A stretch of DNA of 64,000 nt from Kofleriaceae bacterium (lineage in GTDB: Bacteria; Myxococcota_A; Polyangia; Haliangiales; Haliangiaceae): contig JBKJLC010000237.1 of NCBI GenBank assembly GCA_046597055.1, forward strand, positions 86,737 to 150,736, read 5' to 3'. Under the pieces are notes generated by a model. It searched no databases and was not told the DNA's origin. It saw nothing but the letters and a program-made list of their open reading frames with translations. Of the stretch, positions 1-12,277 are shown one piece after another. Positions within the stretch are counted from its first letter, which is position 1; every line of letters begins with the position of its first letter. The position numbers were made by a program, and so were the translations under genes.

Positions 1-402
1 CTGACCGGCCTGGCCGGCGCGGCCCTCGGGGTCGACGATGCCGGCGCGGTCGAGCACGCCACCCGCGGCCTCGAGCTCGCGACCAACCTCGAGCTGGGTG
101 CCATCGCGGCGCTGGCCGCAGCCCGGCGCGCCCACGCCGCCCACGCGCTCGGGCTGGCCGCGGTCGCCGAGTCCGCGAGCGCGGCTGCGCTGGCCCGGCC
201 CGAGGCCTGCCTGCTCGACACGCCGTGCGAGGAGGTCTGGCTGCGGATCGCCGACGTGTGCGCCGACCGCGACCCGGCGCACGCGACCGCGCTGCGCGAC
301 CAGGCCCGCGCCAGCGTCCACGCCAAGCTGCGCCGGGTAGGTGACGCCGCGGCGGCGGCCGCGCTGCGCGCCATGCCGCTGTACCGGGGGCTCCTGCCGT
401 GA
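1..402 (+). CDS. C-terminal fragment of an Ala-rich helical protein (TPR-like tail; gene starts upstream of the window)
   Basis: Frame 1 is open from base 1 to TGA at 400-402 with typical GC3-rich codons (LTGLAGAALG...MPLYRGLLP*). Confidence 0.6.
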   Translation: MTGLAGAALGVDDAGAVEHATRGLELATNLELGAIAALAAARRAHAAHALGLAAVAESASAAALARPEACLLDTPCEEVWLRIADVCADRDPAHATALRDQARASVHAKLRRVGDAAAAAALRAMPLYRGLLP

Positions 403-465
403 CTGCCGCCTGACTTTGCCGATCTGAGGCGCAATCCCGCGGTCGGCGCAGGGCATCCTACCCGC

Positions 466-1443
466 ATGAAGATCGTCATCCCCGGTGGCACCGGCCAGCT
501 CGGTCAGCTCCTGGTCCGCGAACTCGGCGCGGCCGGGCACCACGTGGTCGTGCTGGGTCGCAGGGCGGCGCCCGGCGTGATCGCGTGGGACGGCGAGACC
601 CTGGGCGCGTGGGCCGACGAGATCGACGGGGCCGACGTCGTCATCAACCTCGCTGGCCGCACCGTCAACTGCCGCTACACCGAGGCCAACCTGCGCGAGA
701 TGCTCGACTCGCGGGTGCGCTCGACCACCGTGGTCGGCCTGGCGATCGCGCGCGCGCCGCGCCCGCCCCGGGTGTGGCTGCAGATGAGCACCGCGACGAT
801 CTACGCCCACACCCTCGACCGCGCGCAGGACGAGGCGTCCGGCCAGCTCGGCGGCGACGAGCCCGGCGTGCCGGCCTACTGGAAGCGCTCGGTCGACATC
901 GCGCGGGCCTGGGAGGCCGCGCTCGACGCGGCGCCGACCCCGAGCACCCGCAAGGTGGCGCTGCGCACCGCGATGGTGATGGACCCCGAGCCCGGCGGCA
1001 TCTTCGACGTGCTGTGCGGCCTGGTCCGACGCCGGCTGGGCGGGCCCGCCGCCGGGGGCGGCCAGTATGTGTCGTGGATCCACGACCGCGACTTCGTGCG
1101 CGCCATCCAGTTCCTGATCGCGAACGACGAGCTGTCGGGCCCGGTCAATTTGTGCGCCCCCGAGCCGCTGCCGCAGCGCGAGCACATGGCCGGGCTGCGC
1201 CGCGCGCTCGACGTCGGGCTCGGCCTGCCGGCGACCCGCTGGATGCTCGCGATCGGCGCGTGGGCGATGCGCACCGATCCCGAGCTCTTGCTCAAGAGCC
1301 GGCGGGTGGTGCCGGGCCGCCTGCGCGCGGCCGGCTTCACCTTCAGCCAGCCGGCGTGGCCGGCGGCCGCGGTCGAGCTGGTCGCGCGCTGGCGGGCGGC
1401 CCGGGCACCGAGCGCGCTGCGACCGGCGCGCGCCGCGAGCTGA
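466..1443 (+). CDS. TIGR01777-family NAD-dependent epimerase/oxidoreductase (DUF1731 C-terminus)
   Basis: GGTGQLG Rossmann motif, VINLAG, SWIH, GPVNL, SRRVVPGRL...GFTF. Confidence 0.9.
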   Translation: MKIVIPGGTGQLGQLLVRELGAAGHHVVVLGRRAAPGVIAWDGETLGAWADEIDGADVVINLAGRTVNCRYTEANLREMLDSRVRSTTVVGLAIARAPRPPRVWLQMSTATIYAHTLDRAQDEASGQLGGDEPGVPAYWKRSVDIARAWEAALDAAPTPSTRKVALRTAMVMDPEPGGIFDVLCGLVRRRLGGPAAGGGQYVSWIHDRDFVRAIQFLIANDELSGPVNLCAPEPLPQREHMAGLRRALDVGLGLPATRWMLAIGAWAMRTDPELLLKSRRVVPGRLRAAGFTFSQPAWPAAAVELVARWRAARAPSALRPARAAS

Positions 1444-1452
1444 CCGGGCCGG

Positions 1453-2580
<1,128 letters not shown>

Positions 2581-2607
2581 CGCGTGGTACGAATGCCACC
2601 TCCCGCC

Positions 2608-3960
2608 ATGGCACGCAAGCACGAGCCTCTGGTCGTCCGCGCCGAACGGCTCGACGACGCCGGCGCCGGCGTCGGCACCGCCGGCGACCGGACGATCCAC
2701 GTCACCGACCTGCTGCCCGGCGAGGCGGCCGAGGTTCACCTCGAGCACCAGAGCCCGCACCGGCCCGAAGCCTGGGCCCGCGCCGTGCGCCGGCTGGGCC
2801 CGGCGTCCGCCGATCGGACCGAGCCCGCGTGCCCCGGCTGGGGCCACTGCGGCGGCTGCGCCTGGCAGCACCTCGCCTACCCGGCCCAGCTGCAGATCAA
2901 GCAGGGGCGCGTGGCGGCCGCGCTGGCCAGCTGCTTGCCGCCGGGCGTCGCGGTCGCCCCGGTGGTGCCGTCGCCGCAGCGCCTGGGCTACCGCGCCAAG
3001 GGCAAGTACGTGGTCGCCGATCGCCGGGGCACGCTGGTGCTCGGCGCGTGGGCGCCGCGCTCGCACGTGCTGGTCGACACCGCGCGCTGTCAGGTGGTCG
3101 CGCCGCTGATCGACGAGCTGCGCGGCCGCGCGCGCGAGGCCTGCGCCAGCGCCGGCCTGGTTGCCTACGACGAGCGGACCCGCGCCGGCGTGCTGCGCTA
3201 CGTGATCATCCGGGCCGGCCAGGACGATCGCGCGCTGGTCGTGCTGGTGGTCCGCTCGGCGGCCGACGCCGCCCAGGTCACCGCCGCGGCGCACGCGATC
3301 GCGCTCGATCCGCGGGTCGCCGGGGTGGTCCGGCTCGACAACGATCGCGACGACGGCGCCATCGTCGACGGCGACGGTCACGCGCTGATCGGCGCCGATC
3401 ACGTGCTCGGCCAGGTCGCCGGGGTCGAGGTCGCGCTGGGCGCCGGCGAGTTCGCCCAGGTCAACCCGGCCCAGGCCGACGTCATGTACGCCCGGGTGGC
3501 GGCGCTCGCCGGCGTCGGGCCTGGCGATCGCGCGGTCGACGTCTACGCCGGCCTGGGCGGCATCTCGTTCGCGCTGGCCCGCACCGGCGCCGACGTGATC
3601 GCGATCGAGCACGACGCCAGCGCGGTCGCGGCCCTGGCCGCCGCCGCCACCCGCGCCGGGCTCGGCGATCGCATCGACGCCCGCACCGGCGACGCGGCCA
3701 CCCTCAGCGCGGTCGTCGGACCGGTCGCGGTGGTGGTCGTCAACCCGCCGCGACGCGGCCTGACCCCGGCCGCCTGCGCCGCGGTCGCCGCCAGCCCGGC
3801 CGGCCGCCTCATCTATGTCAGCTGCGGCCCCGACTCGCTCGCGCGCGACCTGACCGCCCTGGCCGCCGCCGGCTGGACGGTCGAGACCGTGGAGCCGTTC
3901 GATCTGATGCCGGGGACCAGCCAGGTCGAGACCGTGGTGCGCGCGGTGCGGCGCGGGTAG
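2608..3960 (+). CDS. rlmD: 23S rRNA m5U methyltransferase, RlmD/TrmA family (TRAM domain + 4Fe-4S)
   Basis: CPGWGHCGGCAWQH, FAQVN, DVYAGLG, NPPRRG, IYVSC, DLMPGTSQVE; ATG at 2608. Confidence 0.85.
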   Translation: MARKHEPLVVRAERLDDAGAGVGTAGDRTIHVTDLLPGEAAEVHLEHQSPHRPEAWARAVRRLGPASADRTEPACPGWGHCGGCAWQHLAYPAQLQIKQGRVAAALASCLPPGVAVAPVVPSPQRLGYRAKGKYVVADRRGTLVLGAWAPRSHVLVDTARCQVVAPLIDELRGRAREACASAGLVAYDERTRAGVLRYVIIRAGQDDRALVVLVVRSAADAAQVTAAAHAIALDPRVAGVVRLDNDRDDGAIVDGDGHALIGADHVLGQVAGVEVALGAGEFAQVNPAQADVMYARVAALAGVGPGDRAVDVYAGLGGISFALARTGADVIAIEHDASAVAALAAAATRAGLGDRIDARTGDAATLSAVVGPVAVVVVNPPRRGLTPAACAAVAASPAGRLIYVSCGPDSLARDLTALAAAGWTVETVEPFDLMPGTSQVETVVRAVRRG

Positions 3961-4033
3961 CGGGGCCATGCCGATGCCCGAGGGCCCGGGTGAAAAACTG
4001 GCCCCGGCCGCGATCGATCCCTAGCCTCGACCG

Positions 4034-4876
4034 GTGCGCCCGAAGCTCGCCGCCGCCCTGCTCGGCTCGCTCGCGGCCGCGCTGGGCTGTGGGCCGCGCG
4101 GGCTGCTGACGTCGTCGCCGATCGTCGGGCACGCGCGGCTGGGCGATCTGGAGCTGGCCTCGGCCGAGCCAGATCGCGGCCCCGAGGAGACCGAACCACC
4201 GGCACGCACCCACGCGCCCGCGGCGGCGTCGGTGGTGCTGCCGCCTGCGCTCACGACCCCGGCGGCCGCGCTCCACGTCGACGCGGCGGTGCTGATCGAT
4301 GGGGCCCCGGCCGCGCCCGGCGCGTCCGAGCCCGGCTCGATCGTGATCTCGCGGCTGCCGGCCCCGCACCGCACGGTCCCGGTCGCACCCGGCGAACCAG
4401 CGGCGCCGCTGACCGTCGCTGGGGCCCGCGCGCTGGTCGGCCGCCGCGATCCGCGCGCGCCGTTCGAGCTCGCGCTCGCGGTCGCCACCGCGCTGACCAG
4501 AGCGCCCGCCCCGCGCGCGACCGACGGCCCCGCGCTGGTCGCGTGGGCCGAGGCGAGCGGCACGTGGGCCGCGCTGCCGGCCGCCTCGCTCGAGCCGGGC
4601 GACCTGGTCGTCCTGGATCGTGCGGTCGACGACGCGCCGGCCTCGCTGGTGGCGGTCGTGCTCGCCACCGACCTCCGCGGCGTCACCGAGCTGCTCTACC
4701 TCGGGCGCGGCGTGATCCGCCGCGGCTTCCTCGATCCCGCGCGCTCGGCGCTGGCTCGCGACGCCGACGGCAGGGTCGTGAACAGCTTCGTCCGGCACGG
4801 CGCCGCCTATCCGCCCGCGGGCACCCGCTATCTCGCCGGCGAGCTGGCGATCGGCCGGGTCCGCCCCCCGCGGTAG
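4034..4876 (+). CDS. Lipoprotein with a degenerate NlpC/P60-CHAP-like C-terminal domain
   Basis: Lipobox AALGC; Pro/Ala linker; PGDLVVLD...DADGRVVNSFVR...LAGEL. Confidence 0.55.
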   Translation: MRPKLAAALLGSLAAALGCGPRGLLTSSPIVGHARLGDLELASAEPDRGPEETEPPARTHAPAAASVVLPPALTTPAAALHVDAAVLIDGAPAAPGASEPGSIVISRLPAPHRTVPVAPGEPAAPLTVAGARALVGRRDPRAPFELALAVATALTRAPAPRATDGPALVAWAEASGTWAALPAASLEPGDLVVLDRAVDDAPASLVAVVLATDLRGVTELLYLGRGVIRRGFLDPARSALARDADGRVVNSFVRHGAAYPPAGTRYLAGELAIGRVRPPR

Positions 4877-4928
4877 CTCGGCGATCCACGCTGCACCGCC
4901 ATCCGGGCGCCTCGGCCGCGATCATCGT

Positions 4929-4957
4929 TCGACTTATCCATTCGCGGGCCCTAAGCT
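4929..4957 (+). promoter_or_regulatory. Putative sigma70-type promoter of the tRNA-Leu gene
   Basis: TCGACT-N17-TAAGCT ending 8 nt before the tRNA 5' end. Confidence 0.5.
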
Positions 4958-4965
4958 GCGCCGCC

Positions 4966-5048
4966 GCCCGGATGGTGGAATGGTAGACACGCACCCCTTA
5001 AAAGGGTGTGAGAGCAATCTCGTGCCGGTTCGAGTCCGGTTCCGGGTA
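4966..5048 (+). tRNA. tRNA-Leu(TAA)
   Basis: Acceptor stem GCCCGGA/TCCGGGT plus discriminator A; anticodon arm CACCC-CTTAAAA-GGGTG; long variable arm GAGA-GCAA-TCTC; T-arm GCCGG-TTCGAGT-CCGGT; CCA not encoded. Confidence 0.95.
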
Positions 5049-5088
5049 CTCCTTTGCGGCGCGGCTCCGACGCGGTAAAGAACGGGGG

Positions 5089-6063
<975 letters not shown>

Positions 6064-6084
6064 TCGACGACCAGGTGGCCCTGG

Positions 6085-7526
<1,442 letters not shown>

Positions 7527-7530
<4 letters not shown>

Positions 7531-8459
7531 GGGACGATGCTATCACGCTCGCGGCGCGCCACCGACCCCGCGACCCGTGCACCTGGTGGGACGCTGGAGG
7601 TGACGAAGGCGTTGCCGCCGATCACCGCGCCCTTGCCGATGACGGTATCGCCGCCCAGGATGGTGGCCCCGGCGTAGATGACGACGTCGTCCTCGATGGT
7701 CGGGTGCCGCCTCGAGCCGGGGGCCGGCCGCTCCTCGGTGCGTGGCACGCTGAGCGCCCCCAGGGTCACCCCCTGGTAGATACGGACCCGGTCGCCGATC
7801 ACCGAGGTCTCGCCGATCACGACCCCGGTGCCGTGGTCGATGAAGAACGAGCGGCCGATCTGGGCGCCCGGGTGGATGTCGATCCCGGTGCGCTGGTGGG
7901 CGAGCTCGGTCATCATCCGGGGCACGATCACCGCGCCCTCGTGGAGCAGCGCGTTGGCGATCCGCCACACCGTGGTCGCGTACAGCCCGGGATAGCAGAC
8001 GATGATCTCGTCGGCCCCGGTCGCGGCCGGGTCGCCCTCGAAGGCGGCCTGGATGTCGGTCGCGAGCGCCTCGCGCAACGACGGCAGCCGGGTCAGGAAC
8101 CGGGCCACGACCTGCTCGCCGCGGGTCGCGCAGTCGGGGCAGTCGGGGTCGCTGGTGGTGTTGGTGATCTGGATACGATGGTTGAACGCCCGGTAGACCT
8201 CGCGGCGCAGGCTGTTGCGCAGCTCGTCGATCCGCTCGCGGACCAGGTCGCGCAGCTCGGTCGGCGTCAGCCGGGTCGCGTTGGTGCCAGCGAAGCCAGG
8301 AAACAGGAGCGCGCGGCACTGGTCGACGACCCGGGCGACCTGCTGCTCCGACGGCAGCTCGTAGCCGCCGAGGTGCTGCATGCCGGCGTGACAGGCCTGA
8401 TAGCTCGTCAGCAACTGGGTCGCGACGTCGTCAGTCACGTTGCCGGAGCGAGCACTCAT
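7527..8459 (-). CDS. cysE: Serine O-acetyltransferase (EpsC/CysE type)
   Basis: GDPAA, YPG, GIDIHPGA, FIDHGTGVVIGET, YQGVTLG, RHPTIED. Confidence 0.92.
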
Positions 8460-8569
8460 GGCCCAGGTTGTAGCGCGAGGCGCCCGCGCCGCCTATGGTT
8501 TCGCGGTCACCCGCCGGGGGCCCGATCTCTGCCACCGGCGCGGGCACCTGCCCACTCGGCCGGTGACCC

Positions 8570-9493
8570 TCACTCGGCGAGGTCGCCGGGCGCGAGCACG
8601 GCCGGCACCGGCGCCGGCGCTTCGTTGATCACCCGCAGCGCCTCGACGAACCGGCTGTCGGGCACGGTGACCCGGGTCGGCATGCCGCCCCCCAGCTCGA
8701 GCAGGCGCACGAAGTCCCAGCCCGAGCCGAACGCCGCGGCGATCGTGACCATGCCCGAGTCCTTCACCATCGACACCGGCGCGCGGGCCTGGCCCGCGAG
8801 CAAGAGGTCGGTCTTGTCGTAGGGCAAGCTGCTGCCGGCGGTGTCGACCCACGCGACCCGCCCGCGGATGACGTAGCGGGCGTCGAGCGCGGCGGTGCCA
8901 GCCGCGCGCACCTCGAACTCGCGCGCGGCCTCCTCGATCACGTCGGCGTGAGCCCCCGACTTCATGCCGCCGGCCAGCCACCACACCACCGCCCGCTTGA
9001 GCTGGTCGTCGCGGAACTTGGCGCGCAGCGCGTGGTCGATCCGGATCGCGATCGGGCCCGGCTCGCCGATGCGGGTGTCGACCGCGCGCGCGTCGTCGTC
9101 GGCGCCGCGATACGGCTCGACCCCGGCCAGCACCCACTTGGCCGCCGAGTACAGCCCGTCGAGATCGACGTGGCTGACGATCGTCTCGATCGGGCCGACC
9201 CGGCGCACCAGCTCGGGCGTCACCATCTCGGGACACGCGCCGTGCTGCGCCTTGGTCGCGAGCACGAACCGCGGGTCGCGGGCGTAGTCGACATGGCGGT
9301 CGTGATCGTGGTGATCGACCCATGCCGCCAGCCGATCGCCGAGCCCGTCGATGAACGGCCGGGTGGTGAGATCGAAGGACACCGACGACCCGATGGTGGA
9401 GGCGAAGCCGATGTCGAGCACGACCACCCGCCCGGGCACCTTCTCGGCGCGCGGCAAGAGGCGCGGTGACGCGAAGGCCAGGTTGATCGCCAT
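8570..9493 (-). CDS. DHH-like phosphoesterase with permuted motif order
   Basis: VVVLD, WVDHHDH, then SHVDLDGLYSAA; ATG at 9493 is preceded by an extended -10. Confidence 0.6.
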   Translation of the reverse strand: MAINLAFASPRLLPRAEKVPGRVVVLDIGFASTIGSSVSFDLTTRPFIDGLGDRLAAWVDHHDHDRHVDYARDPRFVLATKAQHGACPEMVTPELVRRVGPIETIVSHVDLDGLYSAAKWVLAGVEPYRGADDDARAVDTRIGEPGPIAIRIDHALRAKFRDDQLKRAVVWWLAGGMKSGAHADVIEEAAREFEVRAAGTAALDARYVIRGRVAWVDTAGSSLPYDKTDLLLAGQARAPVSMVKDSGMVTIAAAFGSGWDFVRLLELGGGMPTRVTVPDSRFVEALRVINEAPAPVPAVLAPGDLAE

Positions 9494-9535
9494 CGGCGGC
9501 ACGCTAGCACGCCCCTCGCCGCGGCCGCCGGGGCG

Positions 9536-12277
9536 CTACCGCGTCGCGCCCGGGCAGTGCATCAGCGCCGACCAGCCCTCGTGCAGGTAGACCTCGCGGT
9601 TGGTCCCGCGATCGCCGCAGGTCGACGACGACGGCTGCGGCAACAGACACAGCGTGCGCTTGCCGACCCGGGCCTGCAGCGCGGTCCGCTCGTGGGCGGC
9701 GACCTCGCCGAGCCAGGCGCCGTCGACGTGGACCGCGACCGGCTCCGGGCACTCGCGGTTGTCGAGGTAGAAGGTCGCGACCGCCGGCTCGATCGGCGGC
9801 CGGCGCACGAAGGTCCCGGTCGGCTTGCGCGCGGCGTCGCCGGCGGCCCGGTACAGCTCGGGCGTCGCCGCGGCCGCCGCCAGCAGCTCCTCGCGGCAGT
9901 TGCGCACCGCCAGCTCGCGGCCGAGCTGCACCTTGAGCGACGCGCGCATCTCGCGGACGTCGGCCTGGGCCAGCCGGTAGCCGCGGCGGACGTCGACCAC
10001 GCGCTGCCGCCAGGCCGGGCCCAGAGCGGCGGTCTCCCCGTAGTCGTCGTAGGTGGCGACCACGCGGTAGGCGTCCTCGAGATCGACCCCGGCGCGGAGG
10101 AACCCGGCGTAGGCCTTGCGCGCCTGGTCCCAGCGCGGCGCGACCGCCAGCAGCGGACACACCTTGGTGCGTGGCACCAGCCGCGCCGCCTTGGGATCCT
10201 TGCCGGGCCCCTCGCCCATCACCAGCAGCGCGGCGGTCACCTCGTTCTGGAGCTGGACGCGGAAGGTCGTCATCCGGGTCTCGGTCGCGGTGAACCGCTC
10301 GATCGCGGCCCGGAACGCGTCGCGATCGCCGAACGGCAGCTCGAGCCGCGGCTTGCCCTCGTGACGCAGGTCGGTGCCGGCGCGCGCGAGCACGCCCAGG
10401 TTCCAGCGGGCGTCGTCGTGGCGCGGATCGCGGCGCAGCGCGAGCGCGAACGCCTCGCGGGCACCGGCGCGGTCGCCGGACCGGACCAGCACCACGCCGC
10501 GCAGGTAGGCCGCGCCGGCGTCGGTCGGCGCCAGCCCGTCGAGCACCTCGAGCTGCGACAGCGCCAGCGCGGTCATGCCCTTGGCCGACGCGACCAGCGC
10601 GAGGTCGTAGCGCGCCACCGCGCTGCGCGGCCGCTTGCGGGCGGCGTTGCGCCAGTACCACAGCGCCTCGTCGGACTTGCCGGCGAGGAACGCGCAGGTT
10701 CCGATCATCACGTAGGTCTGGCCCAGCCACTTCTCGAACTTCTGGGCGCGGACGAAGGCGCGCCGCGCCTCCTCGAGCTGGCCGGCGTCGAGGTGGGTCG
10801 CGCCGATCAGGAACAGCGGCCGCGGGTCGGTGGCGTCGAGCGTCGCCACCTTGCCGTACCAGCGCACCGCCGCCGCGGTGTCGCCGCGCCGCCGGTACAG
10901 ATCGGCCACCCGCTTCTGCGCGGTCGCGTCGGCCGGCCGCGCGGCCGCGACCCGCTCGAACGCGGCGCTCGCCTCGGCGAGCCGGTCCAGCTCGGCGTAG
11001 GCCGCGCCGAGATCGACCACCGCGTCGAGCTCGCCGGGCACCAGCCGGGTCACCGCCTCGAGCTCGCGGGCGAGCAGCGCGGTGTCGCCGCGGGCGCCGT
11101 GGATCAGCGCGCGCAGCCGGCGCGCGCCGAGGTCGTCGGGGCGGCGGCCGACCACCCGGTCCAGCTCGCGCAGCGCGCCCTCGCCGTCGCCGGTCTGCCA
11201 GCGCGCCTCGCCCACGCCGACCCGAGCGTCGAGGTCCCAGGGCCGGGCCCGGACCAGCCGGTCATATAGCTCGAGCGCGATATCGCCCTTGCCGCTCTGG
11301 CGCGCGCGCTCGGCGGCGGCGCGCAGGGCCGGCGCGTAGCCGGGCACCAGGTCGACCGCGTAGTTGAACTTGCCGGCGGCGCGGTTGGCGATCTTGGGAT
11401 CGGGGTCACGCGCCCACAGCTCGCCGACCAGGCGCTGGCCCTCGACCATGAACGGGTCGATGAAGATCGACCGGGTCAGGTCCTTGGCCGCGCCCTTGAG
11501 ATCGACCGCCCCGAACGAGCCGAGCCACTTGCCGAGGCCACGCCCGAGCAGCGTGAAGCCGTACAGGTCCTTGCTCGGCGCCCGCGCCAGCAGCGCGGCG
11601 CCGCCTTCGGGCACGGTCCAGCCCGCCGTGGTTGCCATCGCGACCAGCGCGGCCCCGACCAGCGCGTGGGCGTCCGGCATCGGACCGGTCACGTCGTGCT
11701 CGGCGGCGATCGCGACCGCGCCGGTCGTCGGGTCGCGCCGCCACAGCGTGGTGTGCAGGCGCAGCATCCAGCTGGGCCGCGCCACCCAGCCGGTCACGAT
11801 CCAGCGCGCGTCGCGGGCCTTGGCCAGCGCGCCGACCGCGTCGGGGGTGGCGGGTAGCACCAGGCCCTCGGGCACCACCAGCGGCCCGAACGTCGGCACC
11901 AGGCCGAACACCCGCTCGATCTTCTCGCCGATCGAGAACGGCACGCCCGCGATCGCCCAGTCGAGCGCGCGGACCCCGGCCCGGTTCTCGAAGCCGAGGA
12001 CGGCGAACCGATCGGGCGCGCGCGCCGGCACGTCGGGCAAGGCGGCGCCGCCGCCGATCACGACCACGCGCGGCGGCGCGGTCTGCGCTTTCGGATCGAT
12101 CGGCCCGGCCACCGGTTCGTCGAGCGGCGCCGGCTCGGCGCCCTGGCCGTGGCCGTCGCGGATGCCGGCCCCGGCGCCGACCACGACCACCAGCGTCGCC
12201 AGCACGGTCGCCAGCCGGCGGGCCCGCGGGAACGACGGGCCCCGCATGCGGTTGCTCGGCCGGGGCGATGGAGCCAT
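9536..12277 (-). CDS. Exported multi-TPR protein with an N-terminal TolB-N-like alpha/beta domain
   Basis: Signal/TM segment, FAVLGFEN...DW motif, many TPR repeats, Cys-containing C-terminal domain; alternative start at 12247. Confidence 0.8.
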   Translation of the reverse strand: MAPSPRPSNRMRGPSFPRARRLATVLATLVVVVGAGAGIRDGHGQGAEPAPLDEPVAGPIDPKAQTAPPRVVVIGGGAALPDVPARAPDRFAVLGFENRAGVRALDWAIAGVPFSIGEKIERVFGLVPTFGPLVVPEGLVLPATPDAVGALAKARDARWIVTGWVARPSWMLRLHTTLWRRDPTTGAVAIAAEHDVTGPMPDAHALVGAALVAMATTAGWTVPEGGAALLARAPSKDLYGFTLLGRGLGKWLGSFGAVDLKGAAKDLTRSIFIDPFMVEGQRLVGELWARDPDPKIANRAAGKFNYAVDLVPGYAPALRAAAERARQSGKGDIALELYDRLVRARPWDLDARVGVGEARWQTGDGEGALRELDRVVGRRPDDLGARRLRALIHGARGDTALLARELEAVTRLVPGELDAVVDLGAAYAELDRLAEASAAFERVAAARPADATAQKRVADLYRRRGDTAAAVRWYGKVATLDATDPRPLFLIGATHLDAGQLEEARRAFVRAQKFEKWLGQTYVMIGTCAFLAGKSDEALWYWRNAARKRPRSAVARYDLALVASAKGMTALALSQLEVLDGLAPTDAGAAYLRGVVLVRSGDRAGAREAFALALRRDPRHDDARWNLGVLARAGTDLRHEGKPRLELPFGDRDAFRAAIERFTATETRMTTFRVQLQNEVTAALLVMGEGPGKDPKAARLVPRTKVCPLLAVAPRWDQARKAYAGFLRAGVDLEDAYRVVATYDDYGETAALGPAWRQRVVDVRRGYRLAQADVREMRASLKVQLGRELAVRNCREELLAAAAATPELYRAAGDAARKPTGTFVRRPPIEPAVATFYLDNRECPEPVAVHVDGAWLGEVAAHERTALQARVGKRTLCLLPQPSSSTCGDRGTNREVYLHEGWSALMHCPGATR

